Assembly (NCBI RefSeq): GCF_006345805.1
Contig: NC_043016.1
Coordinates: 5,456,001-5,520,000, forward strand
DNA from: Octopus sinensis
Lineage: Eukaryota
Reading direction: 5' to 3'
Length of the DNA stretch: 64,000 nt
Both the position numbers and the translations under genes were made by a program. The first letter of the stretch is position 1. The number at the start of each line of letters is the position of its first letter. Below, one piece after another: positions 41,960 through 55,167 of the stretch. The notes under the pieces were generated by a model. The model did no database searches. It was given only the letters and a program-made list of their open reading frames with translations, and was not told where the DNA came from.

Positions 41960-41982
41960 GCATGCATGCATGCATACATACA

Positions 41983-42015
<33 letters not shown>

Positions 42016-42120
42016 GCATGCATGCATGCATACATACATACATACATACATACATACATACATACATACATGCATGCATGCATACATTCACACATACATA
42101 CACACGTACATACTTACATG
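41790..42120. repeat. (CATA)n/(TGCA)n microsatellite
   Basis: Read directly. Confidence 0.97.
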
Positions 42121-42550
42121 ATGGCTTCCCCCTCGTTATCGAGTATGGCCATTGCACGAAGCTTAATCAATGTTGTTATCGTGCAATGCCTGTGCAAAAA
42201 GATTTTTCTTAAAGTGAGAGCCGCAGGTTTTATGTCGGAGTTATCCAAGTTTCCTGAGTTACCTTCTCTTAGAAGGATGCCCTAACAAAGGTTAGGAGTC
42301 CTTCACTCCCAATGGTTTAACCGCGCGATCGAGTATTCAGTTCGATTATTTCTATGTCCCCGCGCATGATACAGCCTTAAGGCAGTTATTGGATAGCCGT
42401 TGACTCTCAAGAGTTCCTCCGCCCTTTGACGGGTTTTGTTTTTCATCCCGCAGGGTGTCCAATAAACACCCTCCTCACCAAACAAGCTTGGTGTGGTTGC
42501 CGGTTTAGTCGCCGACGACCCGACCATACCACAGGTTGTACTGGGTTACA
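42120..42550 (-). mobile_element. Non-coding repeat resembling an RTE-type 5' UTR, between (CATA)n tracts
   Basis: Minus-strand GGGCATCCTTCTAAGAGAAGGTAACTC resembles motifs I recall from RTE 5' UTRs. GC-richer than its flanks, with no ORF. Weak call. Confidence 0.35.
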
Positions 42551-43181
42551 TGATACATACATACATACATACATACCTACATACATACATACATACCTAC
42601 ATACATATATACATACATACATACATACATACATACATACATACATACATACATACATACATACATACATACATACCTACATACATACATACACACACAC
42701 ACACACATACATACACACACACATGCATACATACATACATACATACATACATACATACATACATACATACATACATACATACATACATACATAAAATGTT
42801 ACTAGGGAATTAGAAAACACCTACATTGCTAGATATAAGAGCTAAACCGTTCTAATGCTGTAGTTAACGCACATGAACCATAATCGTCCGAAAAGTGCCG
42901 ATCGAGAATTCTTAATACTGACGAGTCAGTTTCGGCAATATTCTATCAGTGAATTTTGCCGAACTGCTAAGTTACGAGGAAGCAAACACACAAACACTGG
43001 TTGTCAAACAGGTGAGGGAACAAACACATACGTGCTCGCGCGCGCACACACACTCACTATTTCTCTCTCAATAACATTTTCTCCCCCATTATGACGTATA
43101 TTTTCATTTCTCATCTTTCGTTCCATCTACAAGATATGACATACAGACAGATGGGAAACCACTTCTCTTTTATAATATAAG

Positions 43182-43219
<38 letters not shown>

Positions 43220-43247
43220 CATTATTATTATTATTATTATTATTATT

Positions 43248-43802
43248 GAGTGAGAGAGCAGTGCATGCCATCAAAGTGACACTGGGGTAAAATATACGAA
43301 GCTCAGTATACCCATCATGACTACCCGTCTGATAAGGGTACACCAGGCACAGGCACACAACCATATGTGCGCGACATGGTGATCTCATATCAAGATAAAC
43401 AGCACCTGACCTTGCAGGTGGGGCCCAGTTAGAATTTTCTTCAGGTTGAGTAGCCCATCCCGCTCAAAAGGTCCTGAATAAGGGTTGTTTAAGGATGTTG
43501 AAAGAACCACCCATGTTTCCAGAGGTGAATTATTCAAACCCCAAAGAATCCCTCTCGACACATGGTATGATGCTCCCCCACTACTTCTGCTCGTGATCAC
43601 AGATGCACATATCGTCAGCCACTAAGGGACATGCTCAACTGGTTACGGTCAAACAACTGACAAGCAAATCTTTGGTATTGAGCAGAATATTTGCTGTAGC
43701 CCATCTTTTATACCAAGACAAAACAATGTACATGATAACACTTCCAATCAGTTAAGATCAGAAGCCATGAGAGCCACTGCCTGGTACGGCATCAGGGCAT
43801 TT
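43248..43802 (-). mobile_element. About 555-bp non-coding insertion in the TAA tract (possible Dong-dependent non-autonomous element or long 3' UTR)
   Basis: Sharp boundaries: (ATT)n on the left, (ATC)n(ATT)n on the right. No RT/RLE residues and no Pol III boxes seen. Orientation is inferred from flank polarity. Confidence 0.55.
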
Positions 43803-43819
43803 ATCATCATCATTATCAC

Positions 43820-43855
<36 letters not shown>

Positions 43856-43875
43856 TATTATTATTATCATTATCC

Positions 43876-44017
<142 letters not shown>

Positions 44018-44021
44018 GATT

Positions 44022-46620
44022 ACTTTTTTTTTCTTCTTTCAAATTTGCTTCCATTTCTTGCCGAGTGTCTTCCCGACTCCTAGGGCAAAGAAACTCATAG
44101 TATACATTGGTAGGCCATTAAACCAAACTCAATAGTTCGTTCATTTTTTTTTTTTTTAAGTTAAATTAAAATACATGAGCAGCAACAGTTCTCACATCGA
44201 CAATGCTCTTCTCAATACGTGTGGTGTACCAGTTAAGACAATCTTTTGCACTTCTTGCAGGGATCATTCTCATATAATTTTCGGTTCCCTTCTTGATCAT
44301 TCCTAGTGCTCCTACGATCACTGGTATTGTAACTGCCTTGAGATACCACATTTTCTCAATTTCAATGAGTAGGTCTTTATATTTTCTGAGCTTGTCAAAC
44401 TCTTTCGCTGAGATATTATGATCACAGGGGATGCTCATGTCGATCAATAAGCAAACTTTATTGTTTTGGTCTTTCACAACAATATCTGGTTTATTGGCCT
44501 TGATGGTTCGGTCTGCATGTACTGGAAAGTCCCACAGAATGGTTACATTTTCTCCTTCAGTTACAGCCTCAGGGTGGTGATTATACCACTTGTCGGCAGC
44601 TTTGATATTGTAATGCCGACTTATTAGCCAACTCTGTCATGTCTTAATTTATACTCCACTGGTGCTAAGACTTTACATCCAGAGATTAGGTGGTCCACTG
44701 TTTCAATCATGTCGTTGCAGAATCGGCATTTTGGGTCTGCTCCATTTTTCATCACATTGGCCTGGTAGTTCCGGGTTGATAGGCTTTGGTCTTGAGCAGC
44801 CAGGATGAAACCTTCGCTCTCTGCTTTTAGCCCTGAGCTCCGCAGCCACTGATGGGTTTGCTTCTGGTCAACATCAGCTTGTTTGCTGCGGGTCACATAT
44901 TTGCCGTGCAGAGGTTTCTCCTCCCACCTATCAGCCAATTGCTCGTGCGCTTTTTTCGTTGCCATCATTTTCACCTTCTTTGCAACAATAGTTGCCGTAC
45001 TTCCCTCGGGTTGTTCAATTTGGGTATCCTGCACGAGATCAATAGCAAATTTTTTGCTTTCCTTTATGATAGAATGAAGCTTCTTTCGTCTCTCGTGATT
45101 TTCCACGAGCTTTAGCATCCAGTCATTCGATATTTCGAGATATTTGGCCAGTCCAATTGTGGTTGTTTTGTAAGCTAGTTCAAATTGGATCAGGCCTCGA
45201 CCTCCTTGGGCTCTGGGAAGGTAAAGGCGATCTACGTCTGCCTTTGGGTGGTGCATCCTATTACAACTCAGCAGCTTGCGTATTTTCCTATCTATATTCT
45301 TTACTTCACTCATATTCCAGTTCAACACGGCGGCACCCTTTTTGTTCAATGGGGAAAATATCGTTCTTCTCCATGAATGCATGTTTTCTCCGCCAGGATA
45401 GATGTTAGGATTTTATACGTGGTTGATAGACAGGTTATAGGCCGATAGTTTTTTGGAAGGTTGGTTTCGTTATTCTTTGGGAGTAGGTAAGTAATACCAC
45501 TTGCTAACCATTCAGGTGTTTTCTTTGGGTCTCTCATAATTCCATTGAGCAGCTGAACTAGCTTACCGTGTGCGCATGGGAGCGATGCGAGCCAGAAATT
45601 CGGCACCCTATATTTACCGGGGGATTTCCAATTATGGGCCTTCGTGAGTGCCTTTCCTAGGTCTGCTATTGTGATGCCTTCCTATGCTTGTTGTTGTAAA
45701 TTTTGGTAGGATCCTTCAGTTTGTATAATCCAGTCTGCATTTATGTTGTACGTCTTCTTGTCACTCCAAATCCTTTTCCAAAAGTTTTGAACTTCTTCCA
45801 TGGAGGGGGGGTCTTTAACGGTTACTTTCTCCTTCCCTATTTCTCTGTAGAATTTTTTGGCATTGGATGTGAACAGCTTATTTTGCTTGTAAAACATGTT
45901 TCTCTTCTCAAATCTTCGTATTCTTTGGGCTTTTGCTTGGACTTTTTGTTTCAGCGTTTCTTTTATTGATGAGGATCCAAATTTTATCTTCATCTTTCTT
46001 CCTGTTCTGGATCTTACATCATTTCCACATATTAGTTCATTTAATATTGATATTTCCCCTCTCATAAATTCAATCTCTTTTTCAATTTTACTTCTCCAGG
46101 TTTGATTTCTTCCCAGGTTTTGTTTTCCTTGTTTTTTCGGGGGCATACAGCTGGTTTCAATTGCCCTAGCAGAAGCGTATATAATTTCATTTAACTCAGT
46201 AAAATCAGGTTTTAATTCTCGTATTATTTCATTTGTTACATAGTTGCCAATTTGGATTTGTTTTTTATTTTGGTTTGTATTTGAGAGTTTATGAAGTGGT
46301 TCTCTATCATTCATACTTGTATGTCTTACAACTTCAAGCGTATTCAGGATTTTCTGCCTCATTTCTGCCATAGACTCTCTGTGTTCTTCAGCAAATGCGA
46401 GATCTTCAGTTACTGTTGTTTTATCGTTTTCCTGGCTATCTTTAACAGGTACAATAGAATTTCTTGTATCTTCAGGCCTTTGCGTACTTTGGTCAGATGA
46501 CAGTCTTTCAATTAAGCCTCGTGGCGGGCTATACTGTTCATCTGATTCTTCATTTCCTTTGTGTCTTATATTTATGTCATTTTCTGTTGCGTGCTTGATC
46601 GCGCTTATTTCACTGTCTGT
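44022..46620 (-). mobile_element. R4/Dong-like family B with the RT core deleted
   Basis: ORFs 45682..46371, 45346..45606 (KNYRPITCLSTTYK), 44624..45382 (CRFCNDMIETVDHLISGC) and 44166..44477 (RLE). The QGD and YMDD motifs are missing between them. Confidence 0.9.
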
Positions 46621-46669
46621 ATTATTATTATTGTGAGTCTGTATTATTATTATTGTGAGTCTGTGAGTC

Positions 46670-46786
<117 letters not shown>

Positions 46787-46814
46787 TATTATTATTATTA
46801 TTATCATTATTATT

Positions 46815-48983
46815 GTACAAGTTGGCGCCAAGTTTTACCCAGAGACTTCAAGAGACAACAGGTTGGAAGTTCATGTTGTTGTTATGCTTAGTATGCCATA
46901 TATTTGGTTTTGTACTTAGTATTGTACAAGTGAATGTCTAAAAAAAAACATACGAAAATTATGTTTGTTTTAAAACTTGAGATTACATAGAGAGTATTTT
47001 GCGTAGGATATGAACAGTTCCTATGAGCACTATCCTTTGAATTTCTGCCATTTTGGGGTTTCCTGGTATCTGAGTTAGGTAGCAATCAGCCCCTTTTGCT
47101 ATCATTCCCAGGGCACCTATGACAACATGTATTGTTTTAGTCTTCATGTTCCACATTTTGCTGATTTCTATTTCAAGATCTTTATATTTGCTCAGTTTTT
47201 GGTAGGTCTTGACAGATACATTTATATCGATTGGGACAATCATATCAATGAGGAGGCATGTTCTTTGTCTGAAGTCTTTCAATATGATGCCTGGCCTATT
47301 TGCATCTATCTTTCTGTCAGTTTGAATGGAGAAGTTCCAGAGGAGTGAGATGTGGTCATTTTCAAGCACTGGAGGTGGATTGTGTTCCCACCAGTTTTAT
47401 TCATGGGGCAAATCCAGGTTTTTGCAAATTACCCAGTGAATATATTGTGCAGCTCTATCATACCTTTTGAGGTACTCTGTAGGCGCTAGAAGACTGCATT
47501 TGGAGACAACATGATCAATGGTTTCCTTTTGTTGTCGGCATACACCACATGTTGGGCTACTGCCGTTCTTTAATATGTTGGCCTGGTAGTTTCTTGTTGG
47601 TAGGCATTGATCTTGAGCTGCTATGATAAACCCTTCTGTTTCAGATTTTAAGCCAGAGGCCATTAGCCATTGATAGGTCAGGGCTTTGTCAACATCTGCA
47701 TTATTCGCTCTCTTTGGGTATTTGCCATAGAGAGGTTTTTCTTGCCATTTATTATTCTGAATATCTAAGGCCGCAGTTTTGGCACGGGTTTTCATGCGCC
47801 TAGCTTTTTATGTGCTTGTTTCTTTATGTCTATCTCTAATTCCGAAATTTGTTGTATTCGGAATTCACTTAGATATTCCTTTGCCTGTTTTGTTACTGAG
47901 TATGATGCTTTCTTGTTTTCATGTTTTGAGACAAGTTTAAACATCCAGTCCTCAGAGTTTTTCCTGTAGGTGTCTAGGCCAATTGTGACAATCTTCATTG
48001 TTAATGCTAGTTGTAAAAGTCCACGGCCTCCCTCTTTTCTTGGCGGATAAAGTCGTTCTATATCTGCCTTAGGGTGGTGCATTCTATGCATTGTCAACAG
48101 TTTTTGTATTTTTCTGTCAAGATTACATATTTCAGTAATTGACCAGTTAACGATATTGAAACTGTAAGTCACGACTGGTATGGCTAATGCATTGATCGCT
48201 TCGATCCTGTTTCTTGCATTCAGCTCTGTCTTCAGTATTGCTCTCACTCTTCGATAACATTCTCTCCTGATCCTTTCCTTCATCTCTGAATGCCTTATTC
48301 CGTTCTCTTCAATTGCCCCTAGGTACTTGTAGCTCTCCGCTGGGTCTAGTTCTTTTATGGCATTCTGCTGGTCAAGGTTAACGTTAGATGTTTCTGTCAT
48401 TTTTCCTTTGATAAAGGTAGCTTTTGCACATTTATCGAGGCCGAATTGCATTCTGATGTCGTCACTGAATTGTTTGACTATCGCTAGTAAGCCCTTGAGT
48501 TGTTGGTCATTTTTTGCAAAAAGCTTTAAATCATCCATGTAAATGAGATGATTTGTATTTTTATCAAACATTTTATACCCGTACTGCGCGTCATTGAGCA
48601 GTTTTGAGAGAGGTATTAAGGCTAAACAAAAGAGGAGTGGTGACAGTGAGTCACCCTGGAAAATGCCACATGAAATTTTTACATCACCAGCATTTAGGGA
48701 TTCATTGTCACTGTTCAGAGTTAGTGTGGTTCTCCATGATCTCATACTTACAGTCAAAAAGTTTCGCAGAGTAGGTGCTATCTTATACATTTCAAGGCAT
48801 TTCCCAATCCAGCTATGTGGTAGGCTATCAAAAGCCTTTTTATAGTCTATCCAGGCTATTGATAAGTTTTTGTGTCGTTTGTGACAATCTTCTAAGATCA
48901 TCTTATTGATGATTAGTTGATCTTTACAGCCGTAGGATCCACGTTTACATCCTTTCTGTTCATTAGGGAATATGCTGCTGTCT
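46815..48983 (-). mobile_element. R4/Dong-like family D, 5'-truncated
   Basis: ORF 47792..49024 with [33 protein letters not shown]; CCHC CGVCRQQKETIDHVVSKC; RLE in 46983..47369. Confidence 0.92.
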
Positions 48984-49020
48984 GTTGTTGTCGTCGTCGT
49001 CGTCATCATCGTCATCATCA

Positions 49021-49136
<116 letters not shown>

Positions 49137-49856
49137 GTTTTTCCTTCTTTCTTCAAATTTTCTTCCGTTTCTCGCCGAGTGTTTACCATACACCTAGGGC
49201 AGAGAAGCTCATTGTATGCATTCCCAGATTACACACGCAAATTCACAGATAAAATATGTATTTAAAAATTAATAAATAAATTCATGGCTAATGTTGTTTT
49301 CACAGCGATAATGCTTTATTAGTACATAAGCCAGTTAATACGATTTTTTGCACTTCTTGTAGGGATGGTAAGCCTGGAATCATTTTCAAATAGGTTTCAG
49401 TTCCTTTTTTTATCATCCCTAGAGATCCTACAATCACTGGTACTGTAGTCGCATTGAGATGCCACATTTTTTCAATTTCTATTAATAGGTCTTTATATTT
49501 ACTAATCTTGTCAAATTCTTTCGCCGCTATATTGTGATCGCAAGGGATACTCATGTCAATTAATAAACACAGCATTTTTGTCTGATCTTTTATAATAATA
49601 TCCGGTTTATTAACTTTTATAGTCTTGTCGGTATGTACGGGGAAGTCCCATAGAATCGACACATTTTCTCCCTCAGTCACAGCTTCAGGATTGTGTTTAT
49701 ACCACTAGTCAGCGGTTTTGATTTTATAATGCCGACATATTGTCCAATGTAAATACTGACCGACTCTGTCATGTCTTGCTTTATATTCTGCAGGTGCTAA
49801 AACTCTACACCCTGAGATTAGGTGGTCTAATGTTTCAATCTCATCGTTACAGAATC
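49137..49856 (-). mobile_element. R4/Dong-like family E (B-related), 3' fragment
   Basis: ORFs 49300..49680 (RLE) and 49705..49911; 3' UTR similar to, but distinct from, family B. Confidence 0.88.
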
Positions 49857-51293
49857 GGAGATGTACTACGGTGTCAGAAGTCACTACCAGCGAACTAAGG
49901 TAACGCCTCATTTTTCGAGCACCATCCGAAGTATTCGAGCGGTTCCAAGCAGTTCTGCTTTCTGCAATTACTCCACCTTCATTACAACCCCTATTTGTTC
50001 CATGTACTTCTCAGCATTCTTACTCACTGTTCCCAAGGCTCCGACACTTATTGGTACTACTACCACCTTTTTCATCGACCACAACTGCTTAACCTGTCAT
50101 ATCTATCAACTTTTCTTTCTTCCTTATCGCATACCTTGTTGTCAGCTGGGCATGCTATATCTATGATCCAGCCTCGTTTGCTTTCTTTCTCAATTAAGAC
50201 TATATCTGGTTTCCTAATCTCTATCTCATGGTTGCACTGACTCATAAAATCCCACAGGATCTTTGCATTATCATTGTCGAGGATGCCTTCCGGTTTATGT
50301 CCGTACCACATTTTTGCTCTGTTAAGTCCATAATTGTTGCAAAGTCTCCAATGGACATTCCTTGCCATATTGTCATGACGTTTCATAGTCATTTTGGTCT
50401 AGTGGCGTATATTGACTAGTAATATGCCATACGGTTTCACCATTTTGTCCACAAATTCTGCACTTATCACTTTCTGATGTGTTGTTTATTCTGTATTTGA
50501 TGTAATTGGTTCTTAATGCTTGCTCCTGGGCAGCATAGATTACCGACTCCGCTTCCAGTTTTAATTCACTTTTAGTCATCCATCTTTTTTCTCTGTCTGT
50601 CTTATCTTCAACATCTTTATGAAATTGTCCATGCATTCTTTTCTTAAAACAGCTATTTTCAGTTTCATTCATTCTCAATTCTTTGTCAGCGCTTTATCTT
50701 TGCAATCTTCCATCCTACATAAACATGACCTTCTTACTTCCAATAATAGCGGTTCTGTGGCATCTTTACATACCACGATATGTTGTTTTCTTCTGCTTTA
50801 ATACTGTGTTCGCATCCAATCAGTCCTCTTCTTTTTCTTAGCACATACAATCTGTCTATGCCACGTTTGGGCTGGAGTATCCCATATCTAGTCAGAAACT
50901 TCCCTGTCTTTTTGTCTAAATTGTTTAGGTCGTCTACTGTCCATGCGATTACCCCTGCTCCATATCTAAAGAGTGAAACCACCCAGGTGTTGATAGCTTC
51001 AATCTTATTCCGTCCGTTTAATTTCGACTTAAGGATCAGTCTCAATCTGCGCAAGTACTCCACCTTAGATTTTTCTGTCACTTCTTTCTCCAGCAGTTTG
51101 TCCATTTCCAAAATCCCCAACTACTTATTGCCCGTCTCTTCTACCTGCTTCACAACCTCCCCCGATGGTATCGCTAGCCAATCCATACATTTGATTTTGC
51201 CTCTCTAACAAACCGAACTTTTTCAGTCCGAACATCATTCTGATATCAGTACTAAAATTATACACCGCATCAACAAGGCACCATTGATATGGT

Positions 51294-51295
<2 letters not shown>
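49857..51295 (-). mobile_element. R4/Dong-like family F, 5'-truncated
   Basis: ORFs 50734..51120, 50373..50678 (CRICGQNGETVWHI) and 50072..50392 (ILWDF...RKPDIVLIE...IIDIACP). Confidence 0.85.
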
Positions 51296-51327
<32 letters not shown>

Positions 51328-51328
51328 G

Positions 51329-51390
<62 letters not shown>

Positions 51391-51398
51391 CATCATCA

Positions 51399-51455
<57 letters not shown>

Positions 51456-51460
51456 CATCA

Positions 51461-51509
<49 letters not shown>

Positions 51510-51514
51510 CATCA

Positions 51515-51558
<44 letters not shown>

Positions 51559-51662
51559 GTTGTTATTATTATTATTATTATTGTTGTTGTTGTTGTTGTT
51601 GTTATTATTATTATTATTATATATTATTATTATTATTATTATTATATATTATTATTTTTTTA
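51296..51662. repeat. Long compound (ATT)n/(ATC)n/(GTT)n microsatellite
   Basis: Read directly. Confidence 0.97.
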
Positions 51663-51684
51663 TTAGGGTTAGGGTTAGGGTTAG
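51663..51684 (+). repeat. Interstitial telomeric repeat (TTAGGG)3TTAG
   Basis: TTAGGGTTAGGGTTAGGGTTAG read directly, between the ATT tract and the Tx1 5' end. Confidence 0.95.
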
Positions 51685-54600
51685 TGATGGCGGTGCTTTC
51701 AGACTGCTGGCTGCCTACGCTCCAACAGGAGCAGGGCAGTCCGATTATTTTAAGCATCTGGAAGTTTGCCTGGGAACGTCACGCTATCTAGTACTAGTTG
51801 GGGATTGGAACGCTGTCTTAGACGAACGTTTCGATCGGGTGTGCAGGGGAGCATCTGATAGGAGAGGGGGGTGCAAGAGCCTCTCCAACCTACTCGGACG
51901 CTTTCAGCTGTCCGATAGGTTTCGACTAGACGACCCGAATGTGCCAATGTGGACTTGGACTAATCGCATCGGGTCGTCTAGATCGTACTTAGATAGAGTG
52001 TTCTGTAGGCCAGCGGATAAGGACAGCATAGGGTGTCCACAATTTCACCTAGTCGACTACACGGACCACAAATTCATGATCTGTACGGTCGACTTAGATA
52101 GGCTACTGGAAGCTAAACGCGTCGTTAACGGTGTGTAAAGCCTACAGAGACCGGATTAGTTTATTAGTTAAACGGACGCTCACGGGGGGCAATCATCAAC
52201 AACAACTGGTTGTTTGCACTCGAGAGAGCAATTTAGAGCAGAGTCGATTAGGTTTAGTAAGGCTCTAGCTGTAGAACGTAGGAAAACGGAGCGGGATTTC
52301 GTTAGAAAACTAGATGAGGCTCTTGAGACAGGCATCGCAACCGACGTGTTGGCGGCTAGGTTGGCCCTCGACCTTTGACACCAAACACGAAGGCTGCGTT
52401 GACAGAGCTAAGGCGTGTTCGCTAAGCGGGGAGGGAACTAAGGCCGCTCGATGGGCCCGCGTGGCGGAGGTGAAGCGGGATAACAAAGCGACCATTCGGT
52501 CTTTGGTGGACCAGAACGGGAGCGAGGTTTCCGAGCCGAAGCAGATGTGTGCGGTGTTTCAGCGGCACTTTGCTCAACTGTTTTGGACGAACGGTGGGAC
52601 GGACAACGGTACAGACTTCGGTATGTACCTGGATGGCCTACCGTAACTCTCGGACAGCGAGACAGAGTGCTGCGAAAGGCCGATATCTGCCTGGGAAGTG
52701 GAAGAAGCAATGAAAAGCTGCACGAGAGGTAGATCGCCGGGTTTGAATGGTCTGCCCTACAAGCTTTACATTTCAATGCCAGACTTGTTTGCGGGCCTCT
52801 TGGCAAACGTTTACTGCAACTGGCAGCAAAACGGGAGAATTCCTGCTTTTGTTTGTCGAGGAGTGGTGGCTTTGCTGAGAAAGGACCCAAACAAGGGGGA
52901 CATTATATGCAACTTTCGGCCCATCACTCTGCTCAATGCAGAGTTGAAGATTTTGGCCAAGGTGTAAGCCAAGAGATTGGCGCTTGTTGTGGGCGAGTTG
53001 GTTGGCAAGGCGCAGACATGCGCCGTGCCGACCAGGTCGATACACGATAATCTCCATCTCATGCGCTACACCATAGAGAGGGTGGGTAACGACACTGGCG
53101 CGGGTGGGGCTTTGATAAATTTAGATCAGAGTAAAGCCTTCGATAGGGTCGACCATCGATACCTGGCAACTGTTCTCAAGGTAGCCGGATTCGGTCCAGT
53201 CTTCCGCGGGTGGATTGCTGCTTTATACAGCAACATCTGCTCGGTAATACGGGTGAACGGTCACCTTTCAGAGCCGTTTGGCATCTCGCGTTCGGTCCGC
53301 CAAGGATGCCCTCTCTCCTCCCTCTTGTACGTATTGACTCTCGAGCCATTACTGCGCAAGTTGGAGGCTTTGAGGAGTATCCCGCGCGATCTAGGAGGTG
53401 GAAACAGCGTGTCTGCCTATGCCGACGACGTCACCGTGATAGTGTCGAGCCACAGGCACATTGACCTGATCGGCGAGACGCTAAACGAGTACGAAGCGGT
53501 GACAGGGGCCAGATTAACGCGGAAAAGTCTGTGGGCTTGCAACTGGGCACCTGGAGAAGCAAGTCCATGCCGTCCAACAGCGTCGTAGGGCGCTGGACAG
53601 ACGGACCCGTTAAACTGCTCGGGGTTTGGTTCGGTCCAGATCTCCAGGTGGATAAAAACTGGGAAGAAGTGACGAGCAGGGTGGCCAAACTCACCCAGAA
53701 ATGAGCCGAGAGGAAGCTGTCCTTGAAAGGTCGAGTGGAGGTGGCGAATGCGTACATCGCATCCGTCATCTATTACCGCTTGACCGTCGTCCCTTGTCCC
53801 GACCGCTTGTTGGCCAAGCTGGTACGCCTGCTCTTCGACTGTTTGTAGAAGGGTCAGGTACCACTGGTCAGGCGATCCATCTGTTGCCAAGGACCGCTGA
53901 ACGGAGGCCTTGGCATGCTGTGGTTACTGATGCGCAGACATACGCTCAGGCTGCGTCATCTCAAGCGTTTCCTAGACGGTGAACAGGTGTGGTCGTCTTT
54001 TGTCAGACGCGACTTTCCGCAGCTCGTCTCTTTAACAGAGCTGCAAACATGGATCAAACGTAGACCGAGAAAGGGCGCTTGGTACCTCGAGTGCCATCAA
54101 GCTCTCTCTGCCCTCTGCCAAGCGGGCAATGCGATCGGTAGTAGTTCCACTCTAGCGTTCTATAGAGGGTCAGTGGAAGAAAAGTGCGACGACGTTCTCG
54201 GGGAAACTCTAGACGTTGACGATATTGAGCTGAGCAGTCTGTTCGGAAGGATTTTCGGGCCGGGGCCAATGGATAATTTCCAGAGGTCCCTCGCCTGGCA
54301 GTGTTACCGAGGGGCTCTGCCTGTTCGAGATAAACTCTACTGGCACGGAAGTGCCGTCAGCCGGACCTGCCCGAGGTGCTGCCACGACGACGAAACCGTT
54401 CTGCACGCACTCGTCCAGTGTCCGAGTATTGCTGAACTATGGGTTTATGTCGAAAAGCTACTGTCACGTATAGGACGGATCCGGCTATCAGCTGAATCCA
54501 TACTGAAGATTGCCCCGCCGACCTCCTTTAACCGGGAGGGCAAGGCTGTTTTCCTTTACCTTAGTGGCTGTAGCGAAAGAGGTGGTATGGTGGACCCGTT

Positions 54601-55020
54601 TGAAAGGGCTAAGTCAGACACTTTCCTCTTTGGCTCAGGCTTCATCAACTTTTTCAGGTTTCACTTGAAAAGGAAGATGAAAGTAGAGAGGGAAGTGCTG
54701 TCCGATAGCAAGTTTGCTGAAAGGTGGATAAATGTCGCAAGAATGGCTAGGATGAAAGGAGCCATTCTGAGGTTACACCTGTGATTTAAAAAGGTAATAT
54801 AAAAGGAGAAAGGGGCTCTCTACCCCACTTTTGACCAGGCTTTTATGGGTTTTTCCACCCCCTATTGGAAGTTTTTCATTGTTATAATTTTTGATTGTTA
54901 CACTGTTTTTACACGATTTTTTCACAAATGAACAAAACCCTTTGTAACTTCTCGTCCTGTTTTTGTCCTATTTTTGTAATAATTAATTTTTGTCAGCCCT
55001 TGTGGCCAATAAAAGAATTG
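51683..55020 (+). mobile_element. 5'-truncated Tx1/L1-clade LINE (ORF2 pseudogene + 3' UTR)
   Basis: Starts in the EN domain (DGGAFRLLAAYAP); LDQSKAFDRVDH, SVRQGCPLSSLL, AYADDV; CPRCCHDDETVLHALVQC; 3' end CCAATAAAAGAATTG then (ATT)n. About three-quarters amino-acid identity to the 3.7-9.6 kb element in a hand-aligned EN segment (51/67). Confidence 0.93.
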
Positions 55021-55063
55021 ATTATTATTATTATTATTATTATTATTTTTTTTTATTAATATT

Positions 55064-55096
<33 letters not shown>

Positions 55097-55167
55097 TTTA
55101 TTATCATTATTGTTGTTGTTGGTGGTGGTGGTGTTGGTGTTGCTGTTGTTGTTATTATTATATTATT

